From: a virus
Taxonomy: Duplodnaviria; Caudoviricetes
Length of the DNA stretch: 41,662 bases
IMG/VR virus record: IMGVR_UViG_3300010052_000169
Location: 1 to 41,662 of that record
Strand: one strand, 5' to 3'
The notes under the pieces were generated by a model that saw nothing but the letters and a program-made list of their open reading frames with translations, was not told where the DNA came from and ran no database searches. The position numbers and the translations under genes were made by a program. Positions 8,302 to 17,736 of the stretch are shown piece by piece; position 1 is the first letter of the stretch, and every line of letters begins with the position of its first letter.

Positions 8302-8472
8302 ATGCTGGGAAAGAAAAAGCGGCCCGCTAGGACCGCTTTGCTCATTTATTTCGTGGCCGTTTGGCTCGTGGTGCCGTGGCCTATTTCACTGGCCGCGCTG
8401 ATCCTCGGCGGGTGCGCGTACAGCGCCTTGCAGTTGGCGGAACAAAGCATCCGCTCCCTGCGGGATGCCTAG
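8302..8472 (+). CDS. Small antisense membrane protein, possible superinfection exclusion
   Basis: 56 aa MLGKKKRPARTALLIYFVAVWLVVPWPISLAALILGG...: basic N-terminus then a long hydrophobic hairpin; weak RBS. Confidence 0.35.
   Translation: MLGKKKRPARTALLIYFVAVWLVVPWPISLAALILGGCAYSALQLAEQSIRSLRDA
8310..8339 (-). terminator. Terminator-like hairpin after the last ejection gene
   Basis: Minus strand GCGGTCC-TAGC-GGGCCGC-TTTTTCTTT. Confidence 0.6.
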
Positions 8473-10515
8473 TTGCGACCCAACGGTGTTCGATAAATTT
8501 CGTGACGCCTGATCGAATGTTTTGATCGTCGCCGCTGTGGGCTGGCGGATAACTCGCTCATAAGCCTGCGACCAGCGTGCCATTGACGATGCGGTAGCCG
8601 GGCGAGAGAGCAGCGCAACAACCGGAACGCCGACTGCAGCCAGCTTGATAGCATTCGATACCGCGCCAATCGGGTCTGAAAAAGAATAGCCCGCCCCAAC
8701 CAATCCCAAGCTGGTCATCACTCCTCGCCCAGTGTTCGAGAAGTTCGCGGCTTTCTGAGAATCCGCAAGCCGCTTTGCTACCGCTGCAATATCCTCTAGC
8801 GCACCGCGCGTTTGCGTCCCGGCTTTCCCGAACAAAAGATTTCTCCCCTGCTCGCTCATTCTGCCGAAATTCGTCGCGAATATCTGCGGACTAAACTCTC
8901 CCGCTTGGTTCAAGCCCATGCGGTGCAGCGTATAGCCAGCAATCCCATTCCATTCGTCTTGGGTCATGCCGGCACGAAGCTGGCCTAGCTTCTGCAAATC
9001 ACCCTTGCCAGGCCCAGCGGCGGCATAAGAGATAATTCGATCAACAATGCGCTCGTCAGAGCCTTGCGAGAGGAAGCGCGTAATATCGCGCGTCTCACCT
9101 AGCGTCTTTGCAAAGCCCTCGTTGGCCTTAGCGAGTTGAGATACCGCCCTATCTGGATCACTCTTCGCAGTCATGCGGACGGCGTTTTCCATCGCTTCTG
9201 TAAGAGCTTCATAGGCTCTCTTTAGATCGCCCTGATTAAAGCCGCCATTTCTCTGATCGAACTTAATGGCCTTAGCCAGATCAGATCGCGCTCGCTGCAA
9301 TCCGTTGAAGGTCGCGCCTTCCGGGCGAGTCAGGAGTTCGACCACCTTCTGCAACCCGTCGATTGAAACGCCTGTGTCACCGGCCGCATTGCGCTTCGCA
9401 ACGATGTCATCGAGAACAGCAAGCGCCTGGTTCGGCACAGGCACTGGAGCGTCAGCGTTTATTGCCCCGCGGAGCGAATTGAAAGCAGCATCGGCTCGGG
9501 CATCCGCCGCATCGACACCCTTCTCTAGGGCTCTACGGGCCGCGGTCCCGATAGTGTTGCGGTCAGGAACGGCCCCACTGACTCCGGCCAGATCGCCTGC
9601 TACTCGATTGGTCGCGCCCTGCAATTGCTCTGTCGCTGCCGCAAGACGATCATCAATCTTGCCACCTAAAACAGGAATTTGCCGTGCAGCCTGTCCTAGT
9701 GCGTTCACTCCTCGATTATCACTCATGACAAAAGTGGGAACTTCGACACCAAGATTCTCTGCAGCTTGCGCATCGGCGCGAGTTGAACCTGTTGGACGCG
9801 CCTTTGGCAGAACAGCGTTTAGTGGACCGCCAACGGCTGCTGAAACAACGCCACTGGTTGCGCCTTGCTTTAGCCTATTCTCGAAACCGTCCTCGCCTTG
9901 GTTGAAGCCGTAAATACCTCCGAGGATTCCAGCTTCAGCAGCACCGCGACCCAGCCGAGCAAGTCTTGTCGGAGCCTGCGCTGCCCAAGCTGTTCGAGAA
10001 ATCGGGTTCGCAATCGCTCCCGCAACCTCAAGCGCCGTTGCTGTGATAGGATTGTCTTGCTTTGCGCGGTTAATTCGCTCGCGCTCTGCGTCTAGAATGT
10101 CGCCGTAGTTTCCGGCACCGCGTAGAGCTTGTAGTGCGGCCCCAAGTTCATCGGATAGCCCGTAAGTAAGGCCTTGCACGATTGCGTCCGCTGCAGGGTT
10201 CGCGCCGTCCGCTTCCATGCGACGGATTTGCTGCTCTACGCGCGCGCTGCGATTGTTCGGAGCCTCGCGGGCAAGGATACGGTCGATCTCCGGAGCAAAC
10301 TGCGTCGGCTGGTTCTGCGCAGGCGGAAGGGCTTTCGGTGCATCGCCCCAGACTTCGTTGAAGTTAACGTCAACCGGTACAGCGCCCCAAGCAGTCGGAT
10401 CAATCGGCGCATTTACCTGCTGAGGCGCGTTCACGCGAACGCCAACAACCCCAGACGGGCTCAGGACTCCGCGATCCGCTCCTACGGGGACGGCACCCCA
10501 TTCTTCTGGGTTCAT
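8386..10515 (-). CDS. Large DNA ejection / internal virion protein (P22 gp16 position)
   Basis: 709 aa, Ala/Gly-rich and helical; QGLTYGLSDEL motif; third gene of the ejection cluster. Confidence 0.75.
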   Translation of the reverse strand: MNPEEWGAVPVGADRGVLSPSGVVGVRVNAPQQVNAPIDPTAWGAVPVDVNFNEVWGDAPKALPPAQNQPTQFAPEIDRILAREAPNNRSARVEQQIRRMEADGANPAADAIVQGLTYGLSDELGAALQALRGAGNYGDILDAERERINRAKQDNPITATALEVAGAIANPISRTAWAAQAPTRLARLGRGAAEAGILGGIYGFNQGEDGFENRLKQGATSGVVSAAVGGPLNAVLPKARPTGSTRADAQAAENLGVEVPTFVMSDNRGVNALGQAARQIPVLGGKIDDRLAAATEQLQGATNRVAGDLAGVSGAVPDRNTIGTAARRALEKGVDAADARADAAFNSLRGAINADAPVPVPNQALAVLDDIVAKRNAAGDTGVSIDGLQKVVELLTRPEGATFNGLQRARSDLAKAIKFDQRNGGFNQGDLKRAYEALTEAMENAVRMTAKSDPDRAVSQLAKANEGFAKTLGETRDITRFLSQGSDERIVDRIISYAAAGPGKGDLQKLGQLRAGMTQDEWNGIAGYTLHRMGLNQAGEFSPQIFATNFGRMSEQGRNLLFGKAGTQTRGALEDIAAVAKRLADSQKAANFSNTGRGVMTSLGLVGAGYSFSDPIGAVSNAIKLAAVGVPVVALLSRPATASSMARWSQAYERVIRQPTAATIKTFDQASRNLSNTVGSQLGIPQGADALFRQLQGAVRAPAEDQRGQ

Positions 10516-11483
10516 GGCTTCTGATAGCTCTTGCCGTTCATGATAAACAGCGAACCGCTAGGAAGACGCGCGTATTCTTCCTGCGAGGTAATCTGCACCT
10601 TCGGCTGGTTCGCCTGCGGCGGCGGGGTCTGATAGTTCTTCGGCGGCGTGTAGTTCTGTCCTGCAGCGCCCATGATGCCGCGAATAGCGTTCATTCGATT
10701 CTGGGATTTCTGCTGTATTACTTGCTCGGTGTCGCCCGGTTGCGGGAAATACTGCTGGCGCGCGTTTGCGAATTCGGATTCCGAAATAACCGCACCAGAC
10801 TCTCTGCGAAGAACAGCGTTAATGAAATCGCGCTGCGCTTGAATGAACATTTGCCGGTCTGCTGACAAGGCAGGGTTGGCAATGTTCGGTGCCAAGTTGC
10901 TTACAACTCCGCCTACGTTACCAGCGAACCCTTGATTGATATTCTGGAGCCGAGAGATGATGTCATTCGACTCTGCCATGCGGTTTGCATAATTCGCGGC
11001 CTTTGCCTGCTCGTCAGTCACCTTTCCGGGGATAGCGTATGGGTTCTTTGGCGGCTGGTTGGTTCCCGGCACGTTAATTGATGTTGGCTGCTGCGACGGA
11101 TCGCGAGGGATGCGAACCCACGATGAACTCCCGTCAGCGTTCTTGATTTCCTTGAGGTCATCTCCGCGAGCCTGAAGCACTGCTATTGCGTGCGTCCGAT
11201 CAAGGTTGCCTTGATTGCGTAGCGCTTCGTTCTGCTGAAATCCGAACTGTTGCTGGAACTGCTGCGCCTGTCGGTCTGCCTGTGACTGCTGAAACCCGAA
11301 CTGCCGATCGGTATTCTGCTGGTTGCGTGTGGCTTCGTCCCGGCGCAGAGCGCGGTCCTGCTCCTGACCGGCCAATTGCTGAAGAATGTTCTGCTGCTGT
11401 GTGAATTGCTGCTGGCCTCGATTATACGCGCCGAGCGGATCGAATCCGCTCACCAGCTGCCAGAGAACGCCCTGTCCTGCCAT
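10512..11483 (-). CDS. DNA ejection protein (gp20 position)
   Basis: Gln-rich; LRRESGAVISESEF motif; ATG 11483 coupled by TAATG. Confidence 0.72.
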   Translation of the reverse strand: MAGQGVLWQLVSGFDPLGAYNRGQQQFTQQQNILQQLAGQEQDRALRRDEATRNQQNTDRQFGFQQSQADRQAQQFQQQFGFQQNEALRNQGNLDRTHAIAVLQARGDDLKEIKNADGSSSWVRIPRDPSQQPTSINVPGTNQPPKNPYAIPGKVTDEQAKAANYANRMAESNDIISRLQNINQGFAGNVGGVVSNLAPNIANPALSADRQMFIQAQRDFINAVLRRESGAVISESEFANARQQYFPQPGDTEQVIQQKSQNRMNAIRGIMGAAGQNYTPPKNYQTPPPQANQPKVQITSQEEYARLPSGSLFIMNGKSYQKP

Positions 11484-12133
11484 TAGCGTAGCCCGCTCCA
11501 AGGATCGGATGAACGCATCGTTCCGTTCAACGAATTGCCGCCGCTAGAGCCGAACGGATTCCAGCCGCTAGAGCCCGCAAGCCCAAACGCGCCCGAAATG
11601 AGGTTCTGAAGAATGCTGCCGCCAGCCAGTGAAGCATTGGCGAGGCCGTTGCCTTCCGCCGTATTCGCGCCGGTCGTCAGGCCAGCCGAATTATAACGAG
11701 CGCCGGTCAACGCATTCGCTGCCGTCTGCCCCATCGTGCCGGAAGCAGCGAGGCGACCGAGATACGAGTTCATATCCTGCGTTGCTACGTCCGCGCCGTA
11801 CTTGGTGATCGCCTTCAGTAGCCCGCCAGTAGGAACGCCCCCGCTCCGCGCCGCGTAGCTGTTGTCGATCGCGTTAATGCCCGACTTGAGCCGCGCCTGT
11901 ACGTCCGGGCCTGCGACGTAGTTGTCATAAGCCTGCTGTTGCGCGCCCTGACCGTTCACACCGAGGAAGTTGTTCAACAGGCCATAGGACTGTTGGCCCT
12001 GCGTAATAAACGGCTGCTGGATGCCCTGCGCATCGCTCCACGCAGCATTGGACTCCGCGCGGTTCTGGGTTGCCGCGTTGGAAATCGCGGCCTTGGCCTT
12101 GTCGATGCCGAAAAGTTTATCGAGGAAACCCAT
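11483..12133 (-). CDS. DNA ejection / pilot protein (gp7-like)
   Basis: Gly/Ala/Gln-rich; QQPF...G and GGLLKAITKYG patterns; AGGA RBS before ATG 12133. Confidence 0.75.
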   Translation of the reverse strand: MGFLDKLFGIDKAKAAISNAATQNRAESNAAWSDAQGIQQPFITQGQQSYGLLNNFLGVNGQGAQQQAYDNYVAGPDVQARLKSGINAIDNSYAARSGGVPTGGLLKAITKYGADVATQDMNSYLGRLAASGTMGQTAANALTGARYNSAGLTTGANTAEGNGLANASLAGGSILQNLISGAFGLAGSSGWNPFGSSGGNSLNGTMRSSDPWSGLR

Positions 12134-12193
12134 AGGCAAGTCCTTTCGCGCCGGATTGATCCAGCGACGTTCAGTCGAAACTTTTGTGGTCGG

Positions 12194-12838
12194 TTACGCC
12201 GGGATCGGCGTGGCTTTGCGCTCGATCACGCGCATGCGGGAAAGTGTTGCGTTGTCGTAAACTGGCGTGGAACCGATCTGCGAACCGATGTAGCTAGTTC
12301 CTGCGATGCTTGGCCCGTGACGAACAGAAAACGTCTTGGACGATGTGCCCCAAGACGGCATTTCAACGCTTAACGTCTGAAGCCCCTGAACCGTGGTGCG
12401 CGTTGCAACAAGGCAGTCAGATTGACCGGCCATAAACAGTGCCGCAGTCGCATTCACGCCCGGCCCCGCCGATCCGCTTAGTATCGCCGCTATCTCAACT
12501 ATCGAGTCGTCGCGCTTTGGGGTGTACGAGATCGAAAATGCCTCATCGCCTTCCGTTATTTGCGGCTTCGTATTGTCGGCGGGCATAATTGTTGTCGAAG
12601 AATGGATCGAGTTGTCGGTCATCGACGCCCAATCAAGAATGATCGTGCCGAAGTCGTCGGCTAACTGCGACGGCGTGATGCCTTCTGGCTCAGGAAAGTT
12701 CGCGCCACGTACCTTATCTAGAGACCGCTTGATCTCATTCAGGAGCGCCATCAACTCTGGCGTGGCTACAGCACCGATAATCAGAGCATCGGCGTCCGGG
12801 ATGACGAGCTTAGGTATCCCGGAGAGAACTTCGGCCAT
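12194..12838 (-). CDS. Tail needle-position protein (gp26 position) with C-terminal knob-like domain
   Basis: Follows the gp10-like gene; short helical N-terminus; C-terminal domain paralogous to 7328-8281. Confidence 0.6.
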   Translation of the reverse strand: MAEVLSGIPKLVIPDADALIIGAVATPELMALLNEIKRSLDKVRGANFPEPEGITPSQLADDFGTIILDWASMTDNSIHSSTTIMPADNTKPQITEGDEAFSISYTPKRDDSIVEIAAILSGSAGPGVNATAALFMAGQSDCLVATRTTVQGLQTLSVEMPSWGTSSKTFSVRHGPSIAGTSYIGSQIGSTPVYDNATLSRMRVIERKATPIPA

Positions 12839-14247
12839 CAGCCCGCCCGCTTCGTGATTTCAGCCGACAGGTTCATGATCGCGTGCGGGACGCCTGCCGA
12901 GCCAGAGAACTTCAAGACCACGCCTTCACGCCCGAACGAGCCGCAACGGTTCCACGTCACCCGCTTGCGCCACTGACCGCGACCACCAAGCGAGGCTCCG
13001 CGGCCCGTCTTGAACGTCTTTCCGCCATCCAAGGAAAGCGACATGGTGATGCGCGGCTCTTGGTCCGCAATGGCTGCAAGAGCGCCTAGTGCGGTGCCTA
13101 CCTCAATGTCGAGATCAACCGTGTAGATCAAACCGCCGCCGGGGAAGTTCGTCACCGGAGGGCAAACAACGTCCCAGACGATGTGCCCGCCATCTTCGGT
13201 AAAGGCGCTGTCATCCAGAAAGAACACGCCGCCAGATTGATCGGGAGAAACTAAATCCCGTTCGGCAAAGCGCATGTAATACTTCGCTTGCCACGTATTG
13301 CGCTGATAGCTGATCCGGCTATGCCAGCGCTTCTCTTTGAAGTCGTGGGCGCGGCAGAACTCAGGGGCCCAAAGGACCAGAAAGCCGCGATCCCCGGAGA
13401 CGTAACCCCATAACCGGATGACAGACTTGTCGCTCAGTGCGTCAATGTCGGCTTGAACGCCTTCCGTTCCGATGCTTTCGGGCAGATAGCCTTGTCCGAG
13501 AACGCGAGGGACGCCGTACTGATCCACAAAGCAGACCAGCCCACCTACATTGCAATTTGCAAAGGTGTTGATGCACCCGAATGGCTTGGAAGCCCCCTGC
13601 ACCAACTGGAACGGCTCATCCGCATCGTCCGCGACGTGCCGGAAGATGTAGAAATCGTCCTGCCCCCAGAACACGATCTGGTTGCCGAGCTCCATTCCGG
13701 CCCTAAGCTCGCCTGTGCCGGGCACAGTGAAGAAATTCAGCGCGCTGTAGCTATCTGCGTCATTGACCGGCGAATAGAACACCTTTCGGTCAGCAAACAG
13801 CATCAGCGTGATGCCGTTCACGCAAATGGTATCGATAGGGTTGGCCGGCAGATCGCCCGAGATCGCAGTCAGGTTCGCGCCGTTGTACTGATACGCGGTG
13901 CCGCCGGTCACGATGGCAGTCTCGCGTGGGCTGGCGTTGTTCTGCGACCATCGCAGATCGCTCGTTCCCGCAATAGAACCAGATACCGAAGTGGCACCGC
14001 CACTCGTGTTAAAGCGAAACAACGTCGACCCGAAAGCTCCTAGCCCGTATCCGTCCGCGTCAAACAATCCCCTGCAAATGTCGGACGAATTTCGCGACCA
14101 AGCCGTCAGACCCGGCGTTCTGGTCAAATAGAACTCCGAACGCGCTCCGCTAGGCGAGCGCGAGGCGTACAGATTAACCAGCCTCTCTTGGGTTACTACT
14201 TCTCGCTTTGCAGGATCCGTCTTGGAAGCGAGAGGAATAGCGACCAA
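12838..14247 (-). CDS. Tail hub / packaged DNA stabilization protein (P22 gp10-like)
   Basis: 469 aa; RLVNLY...TPGL N-terminus and SLDGGKTF...GxRGQW..RVTWNRCG C-terminus. Confidence 0.85.
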   Translation of the reverse strand: MVAIPLASKTDPAKREVVTQERLVNLYASRSPSGARSEFYLTRTPGLTAWSRNSSDICRGLFDADGYGLGAFGSTLFRFNTSGGATSVSGSIAGTSDLRWSQNNASPRETAIVTGGTAYQYNGANLTAISGDLPANPIDTICVNGITLMLFADRKVFYSPVNDADSYSALNFFTVPGTGELRAGMELGNQIVFWGQDDFYIFRHVADDADEPFQLVQGASKPFGCINTFANCNVGGLVCFVDQYGVPRVLGQGYLPESIGTEGVQADIDALSDKSVIRLWGYVSGDRGFLVLWAPEFCRAHDFKEKRWHSRISYQRNTWQAKYYMRFAERDLVSPDQSGGVFFLDDSAFTEDGGHIVWDVVCPPVTNFPGGGLIYTVDLDIEVGTALGALAAIADQEPRITMSLSLDGGKTFKTGRGASLGGRGQWRKRVTWNRCGSFGREGVVLKFSGSAGVPHAIMNLSAEITKRAG

Positions 14248-14249
14248 GG

Positions 14250-14624
14250 CTAGGACCCGCTAGAGAAGTCGAACGAGTCCCGTCTTGCCCACGGGAAGTC
14301 TGACTTAAGGGGTGCACCCGTAAACCTAGGCTTTGCGTCTGTCGCCAGCACTTCCCGCGCGGCCTCTTGCTCCGCCTTCGTGTACGGAACGCCGTATTTC
14401 CCGCCCACCAGTGATGCGACGTAGAGGACAGTGGAGTTATAAACCTCGTCAGGGATCGAATTGAAGTTCCAGTACGAAATGTGACGCTTTGCAAGCTGAG
14501 CATTTTCCATCTTCCAGATTCTGGTGATGTAAACGCTGTCAGAAGCGTCAGGATCATCTTGGGCATCTATCCGAGATAATTCTAGAAGCGCGTCCTTTAC
14601 GAGTTCATCAGAAGTGCTTGGCAT
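14250..14624 (-). CDS. Head-to-tail adaptor (P22 gp4-like)
   Basis: 124 aa from ATG 14624 with GGAGGG RBS; T..ELV..AL..L N-terminal pattern; synteny. Confidence 0.7.
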   Translation of the reverse strand: MPSTSDELVKDALLELSRIDAQDDPDASDSVYITRIWKMENAQLAKRHISYWNFNSIPDEVYNSTVLYVASLVGGKYGVPYTKAEQEAAREVLATDAKPRFTGAPLKSDFPWARRDSFDFSSGS

Positions 14625-15288
14625 TTGCGCCCTCCAAATGATCTTGCAAACGACCATTCCAGACTTGCCGCCCAACGTGGCGTAGCTCTAGCGATGGATC
14701 AGCCCAGAGTCGAAAGCCTTGCTGTCTGGCGAGTTGACAGAAACGGTAATCCTCGCCCCACCACGTTTCACCAACTCGCTCGCAGGCAAAAAGATCGTAG
14801 TGGACATTGCCATTTACCGGGTCAACAAATCGCCGCTCTGGGTAAGCCTCAATCATCTTCTCGATGACTTCTCGCTTAATAAGCATGAAGCCGGTAGGAA
14901 GACCTTCGCACTCAACCAAGCCTGTTACGGGTCCCGGCTTCATTCCTTCCAAAAGTCGTACGGGGTAATCAGGCTTTTCGGTCTTCTTCGGGTAAACGCC
15001 TGCGACCACATCGCAGTCCTGCCACTGCAACAGACGATATGCCCCATTATCTGGGGCTCCTACGTCATCATCCCAAAACAGGAGATGCGTAGCGTCTGAC
15101 TTAAGGAACAAGGAAACGATCTCATTCCTGGCAAGCGAGACGTAACAATTGCCCGGCAATATTTCGAGGTAAGGGATAACACCTTTTCCCGCCAAGTCCG
15201 CGCAATTGGCGAATACCGCCCCGACATACTCGACAGTTAAACTGCCGGAGTACGCCGGGGTGGCAATCATTACCCTTGCTGGGCTCAC
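14608..15288 (-). CDS. GT-A fold (GT2-like) glycosyltransferase inside the virion structural operon
   Basis: VMIATPAY, ARNEIV, THLLFWDDD (DxD), TGFMLIKREV, GEDYRFC and HVG motifs; GTGA-coupled. Confidence 0.85.
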   Translation of the reverse strand: MSPARVMIATPAYSGSLTVEYVGAVFANCADLAGKGVIPYLEILPGNCYVSLARNEIVSLFLKSDATHLLFWDDDVGAPDNGAYRLLQWQDCDVVAGVYPKKTEKPDYPVRLLEGMKPGPVTGLVECEGLPTGFMLIKREVIEKMIEAYPERRFVDPVNGNVHYDLFACERVGETWWGEDYRFCQLARQQGFRLWADPSLELRHVGRQVWNGRLQDHLEGANAKHF

Positions 15289-15506
15289 GAACCGCCCTTG
15301 ATAAGCCCAAGATTGACCAGCGCGAGGCGAAGTTCAATCACAAGGTTATTGCAAGCGGTCGTGGTCGCTCCTGCCGTGATCGCTGCCTGATTGGCAGCAG
15401 ACGGCTGCGCGATCGGCGGCGAAACGCCATAGAACGACACCTTGTCGGTTGCACTCTGGCCGAGGATCGTGCCGTCCCCGCCATCGGAGAGTTGATTGAT
15501 AGCCAT
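15285..15506 (-). CDS. Small head accessory (decoration / head-fibre-like) protein
   Basis: 73 aa right after the coat gene; strong AGGAGG RBS; Ser/Thr/Ala-rich; C-terminal LRLALVNLGLI. Confidence 0.65.
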   Translation of the reverse strand: MAINQLSDGGDGTILGQSATDKVSFYGVSPPIAQPSAANQAAITAGATTTACNNLVIELRLALVNLGLIKGGS

Positions 15507-15518
15507 ATACAGGCCTCC

Positions 15519-16769
15519 TTAGGTCGAGCCGCTGATGCGGGTTGCGAGTCGCGGATCAATGGCTTTGACACCGTAGAGAATGTCGAAGCGCCATTTGTTC
15601 ATGTCGTTCGTGCCGTCATAGTAAGGCACGAGACGAACGCTGAGGCCGTCCTTGGACTTGCGCACGGCCTTGTCGTTGCCGTCCGGCAATTCCATCGGAA
15701 CCATGACCAGAGCAAAGGCATTCTTGTGGAACACCATGTTCTGGCGATAGCCAGTGCCACCCGTGCCAACCTTGGCAATGGTGGTCGTGCCATCAATAGG
15801 GATGGCTGACACGTTCTGGAATGCGCCTTCGGTAGGGCCAAGGATCGGAGGCGAAATTTTGATCGCCGTGTCACCAGAGGCCGTGACCGTATCTTCCAGA
15901 ACCACAAACTGCTTGCGAAACGGAAGGGTTGCCTTCGTGACGGGGTTGACCGCATACACGTTCGACAACTCAAGAATGTCGCCAGCCTTAAGCGTCGAAG
16001 CGTCCCAGCCGTCTGTCGAAAGATACATGTAACCAGTGTCTTTCGAAGCAGCGTAGGTCGTGGATAGAACGCCGTTGCCTGCCGCCGCATCGGCTACCGC
16101 AGATGCAGTTGCTGCCGAACCCACAGTATGCGTCGGGACGTTCTGCGCCATGAAGGTGTCAACGCCACCAATCATGCCGAGCGAACCCTGCCGGTAGGCT
16201 CCCTTGGCCGCATCCTGAATGTAAAGAGCCGTCTGGGAGCCAAGCAGGCCCCAATGATCCGCAGGCGAAAGAACCGCAGAACGACCATCAGTCGGCACGC
16301 TGTACTCGTCAAGACGCTCTGGAGCCTTGGCAAAGTCAGCATACGAGTTGATAGGCGGGGTCGGCGTACCAACCCAGCTCGGGACCTCTTTGTAGAGATT
16401 CATCAGGCTGAGATCGACGGCGTTCGCAAGCTGAACCATCGCGGGCTTGATTACCCGCTCCGATAGATCGCGAATGTCCAGCGTCCGCTCGGCAGAGGTC
16501 ATCTTAAAGTCGATGCCTTTCTGCACGTTAACCGTGATACTGGTCTTTCCTTCAACAACGTCCTGAATGTCGGCTACGGCGCCGTCGCGAACCGTGAAGT
16601 CCGTGGGCTTGCGGATGGAGATGGTTTCCCCAACCTCAAAGCCGTTTACGCGCTTTCCGAAGTCGCTTTCGTATCCGCGATGGACCTGACGGGCCATCAC
16701 GAGGTTGTTTTCCAGAATACGCAGCCCCTCGGCGGCGATAATGTCTGGAGTTAGGATAGCGTTAGCCAT
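15519..16769 (-). CDS. Major capsid protein, P22 coat (gp5) family
   Basis: 416 aa; MANAILT...GETISIRKP, LANAVD, FHKNAFAL and RFDILYG motifs. Confidence 0.93.
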   Translation of the reverse strand: MANAILTPDIIAAEGLRILENNLVMARQVHRGYESDFGKRVNGFEVGETISIRKPTDFTVRDGAVADIQDVVEGKTSITVNVQKGIDFKMTSAERTLDIRDLSERVIKPAMVQLANAVDLSLMNLYKEVPSWVGTPTPPINSYADFAKAPERLDEYSVPTDGRSAVLSPADHWGLLGSQTALYIQDAAKGAYRQGSLGMIGGVDTFMAQNVPTHTVGSAATASAVADAAAGNGVLSTTYAASKDTGYMYLSTDGWDASTLKAGDILELSNVYAVNPVTKATLPFRKQFVVLEDTVTASGDTAIKISPPILGPTEGAFQNVSAIPIDGTTTIAKVGTGGTGYRQNMVFHKNAFALVMVPMELPDGNDKAVRKSKDGLSVRLVPYYDGTNDMNKWRFDILYGVKAIDPRLATRISGST

Positions 16770-16801
16770 TGAAGTCTTGCCCTTTCAAATAGGGCAGGCC
16801 T

Positions 16802-17680
16802 TCAACCCCCTTTTCGGTCGCGCTCGTTCATCATCCGAATGTATTCGGATACATCTTCGCTCTTGGCGAGAGCGTGGATGTCACGAGAGGGAGCCGCACC
16901 GCCAATAGGCGGTCTAATCGGAGTTGGGGCCTGCGTTTGCGTTCTTGGTGAGGGCAGAGACAAACGAGACTCGATCCGGCCGATTGCTCGGGCAGCTTCG
17001 ATAGGAGTAAGCGACTGGACCTCGCGGAGCTTGGCGCCATTGTTTTTGGCAAGCTCGTAAACGAGATGCGGCCCTTTCTCGCTGGACAGGATTAGATCGG
17101 CTACGTCCTTACGAAGATCAACCTTGCAGGACTCCATCACCGCGTCATAGTCGGCAATGCGGTCCTTGATCTTGGAAACACCTTCGTTGAATTCTTCAAC
17201 AAGCTCCTGACGAGCTTCGCGCAATTTGGTTTCGTTTTCAGACTTGCGCGTTTCGGCGACGGCTTTATTGACGGCCTGCTCGGTATTAAACGCGAGCCGC
17301 GCGTCTTCAAAAGCTTGCTGATCGTAGTTGAAGTCTTCCAGCCTCGGAGGCTTAGGCGCTTCCTTGCCGGGCTTGTCGCCTAGTTGGCTCTCAAGCTCTG
17401 CAATTCTCGCCGCCTGCGCTGCGATTCTGGATTTGTAGCGATCCGATCGGGAGCGCTTAGGCCGCCGATCCTGTCCGTCTGTCTCTGTATCATCGTCATC
17501 GTTCGGCTGCTCGCCATTGGCGGCGTCCTGGTCTGTGACGGTTGAATCTGTTGCCTCGGTATCGTTCTCAGGCCTGCCTGTTTCGGCAGAGTTCTGAGTT
17601 TCTGTCGCCGGGGCTGCGGGAGTCGTCGTCGTGCCTTCGGCAAGACCCGCGAGGGTCTGCGCGTTGGTTTCTTCGGTCAT
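16802..17680 (-). CDS. Scaffolding protein
   Basis: Acidic disordered N-terminus, P.LEDF.YD, GP.LVYELAKN, AARAIGRIE; lies between portal and coat. Confidence 0.85.
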   Translation of the reverse strand: MTEETNAQTLAGLAEGTTTTPAAPATETQNSAETGRPENDTEATDSTVTDQDAANGEQPNDDDDTETDGQDRRPKRSRSDRYKSRIAAQAARIAELESQLGDKPGKEAPKPPRLEDFNYDQQAFEDARLAFNTEQAVNKAVAETRKSENETKLREARQELVEEFNEGVSKIKDRIADYDAVMESCKVDLRKDVADLILSSEKGPHLVYELAKNNGAKLREVQSLTPIEAARAIGRIESRLSLPSPRTQTQAPTPIRPPIGGAAPSRDIHALAKSEDVSEYIRMMNERDRKGG

Positions 17681-17736
17681 GTTTCCTCTGGGGAAGATGG
17701 CTAGGCTTTCGCGGAATGCGAAAGCTCTGGCCGAAA

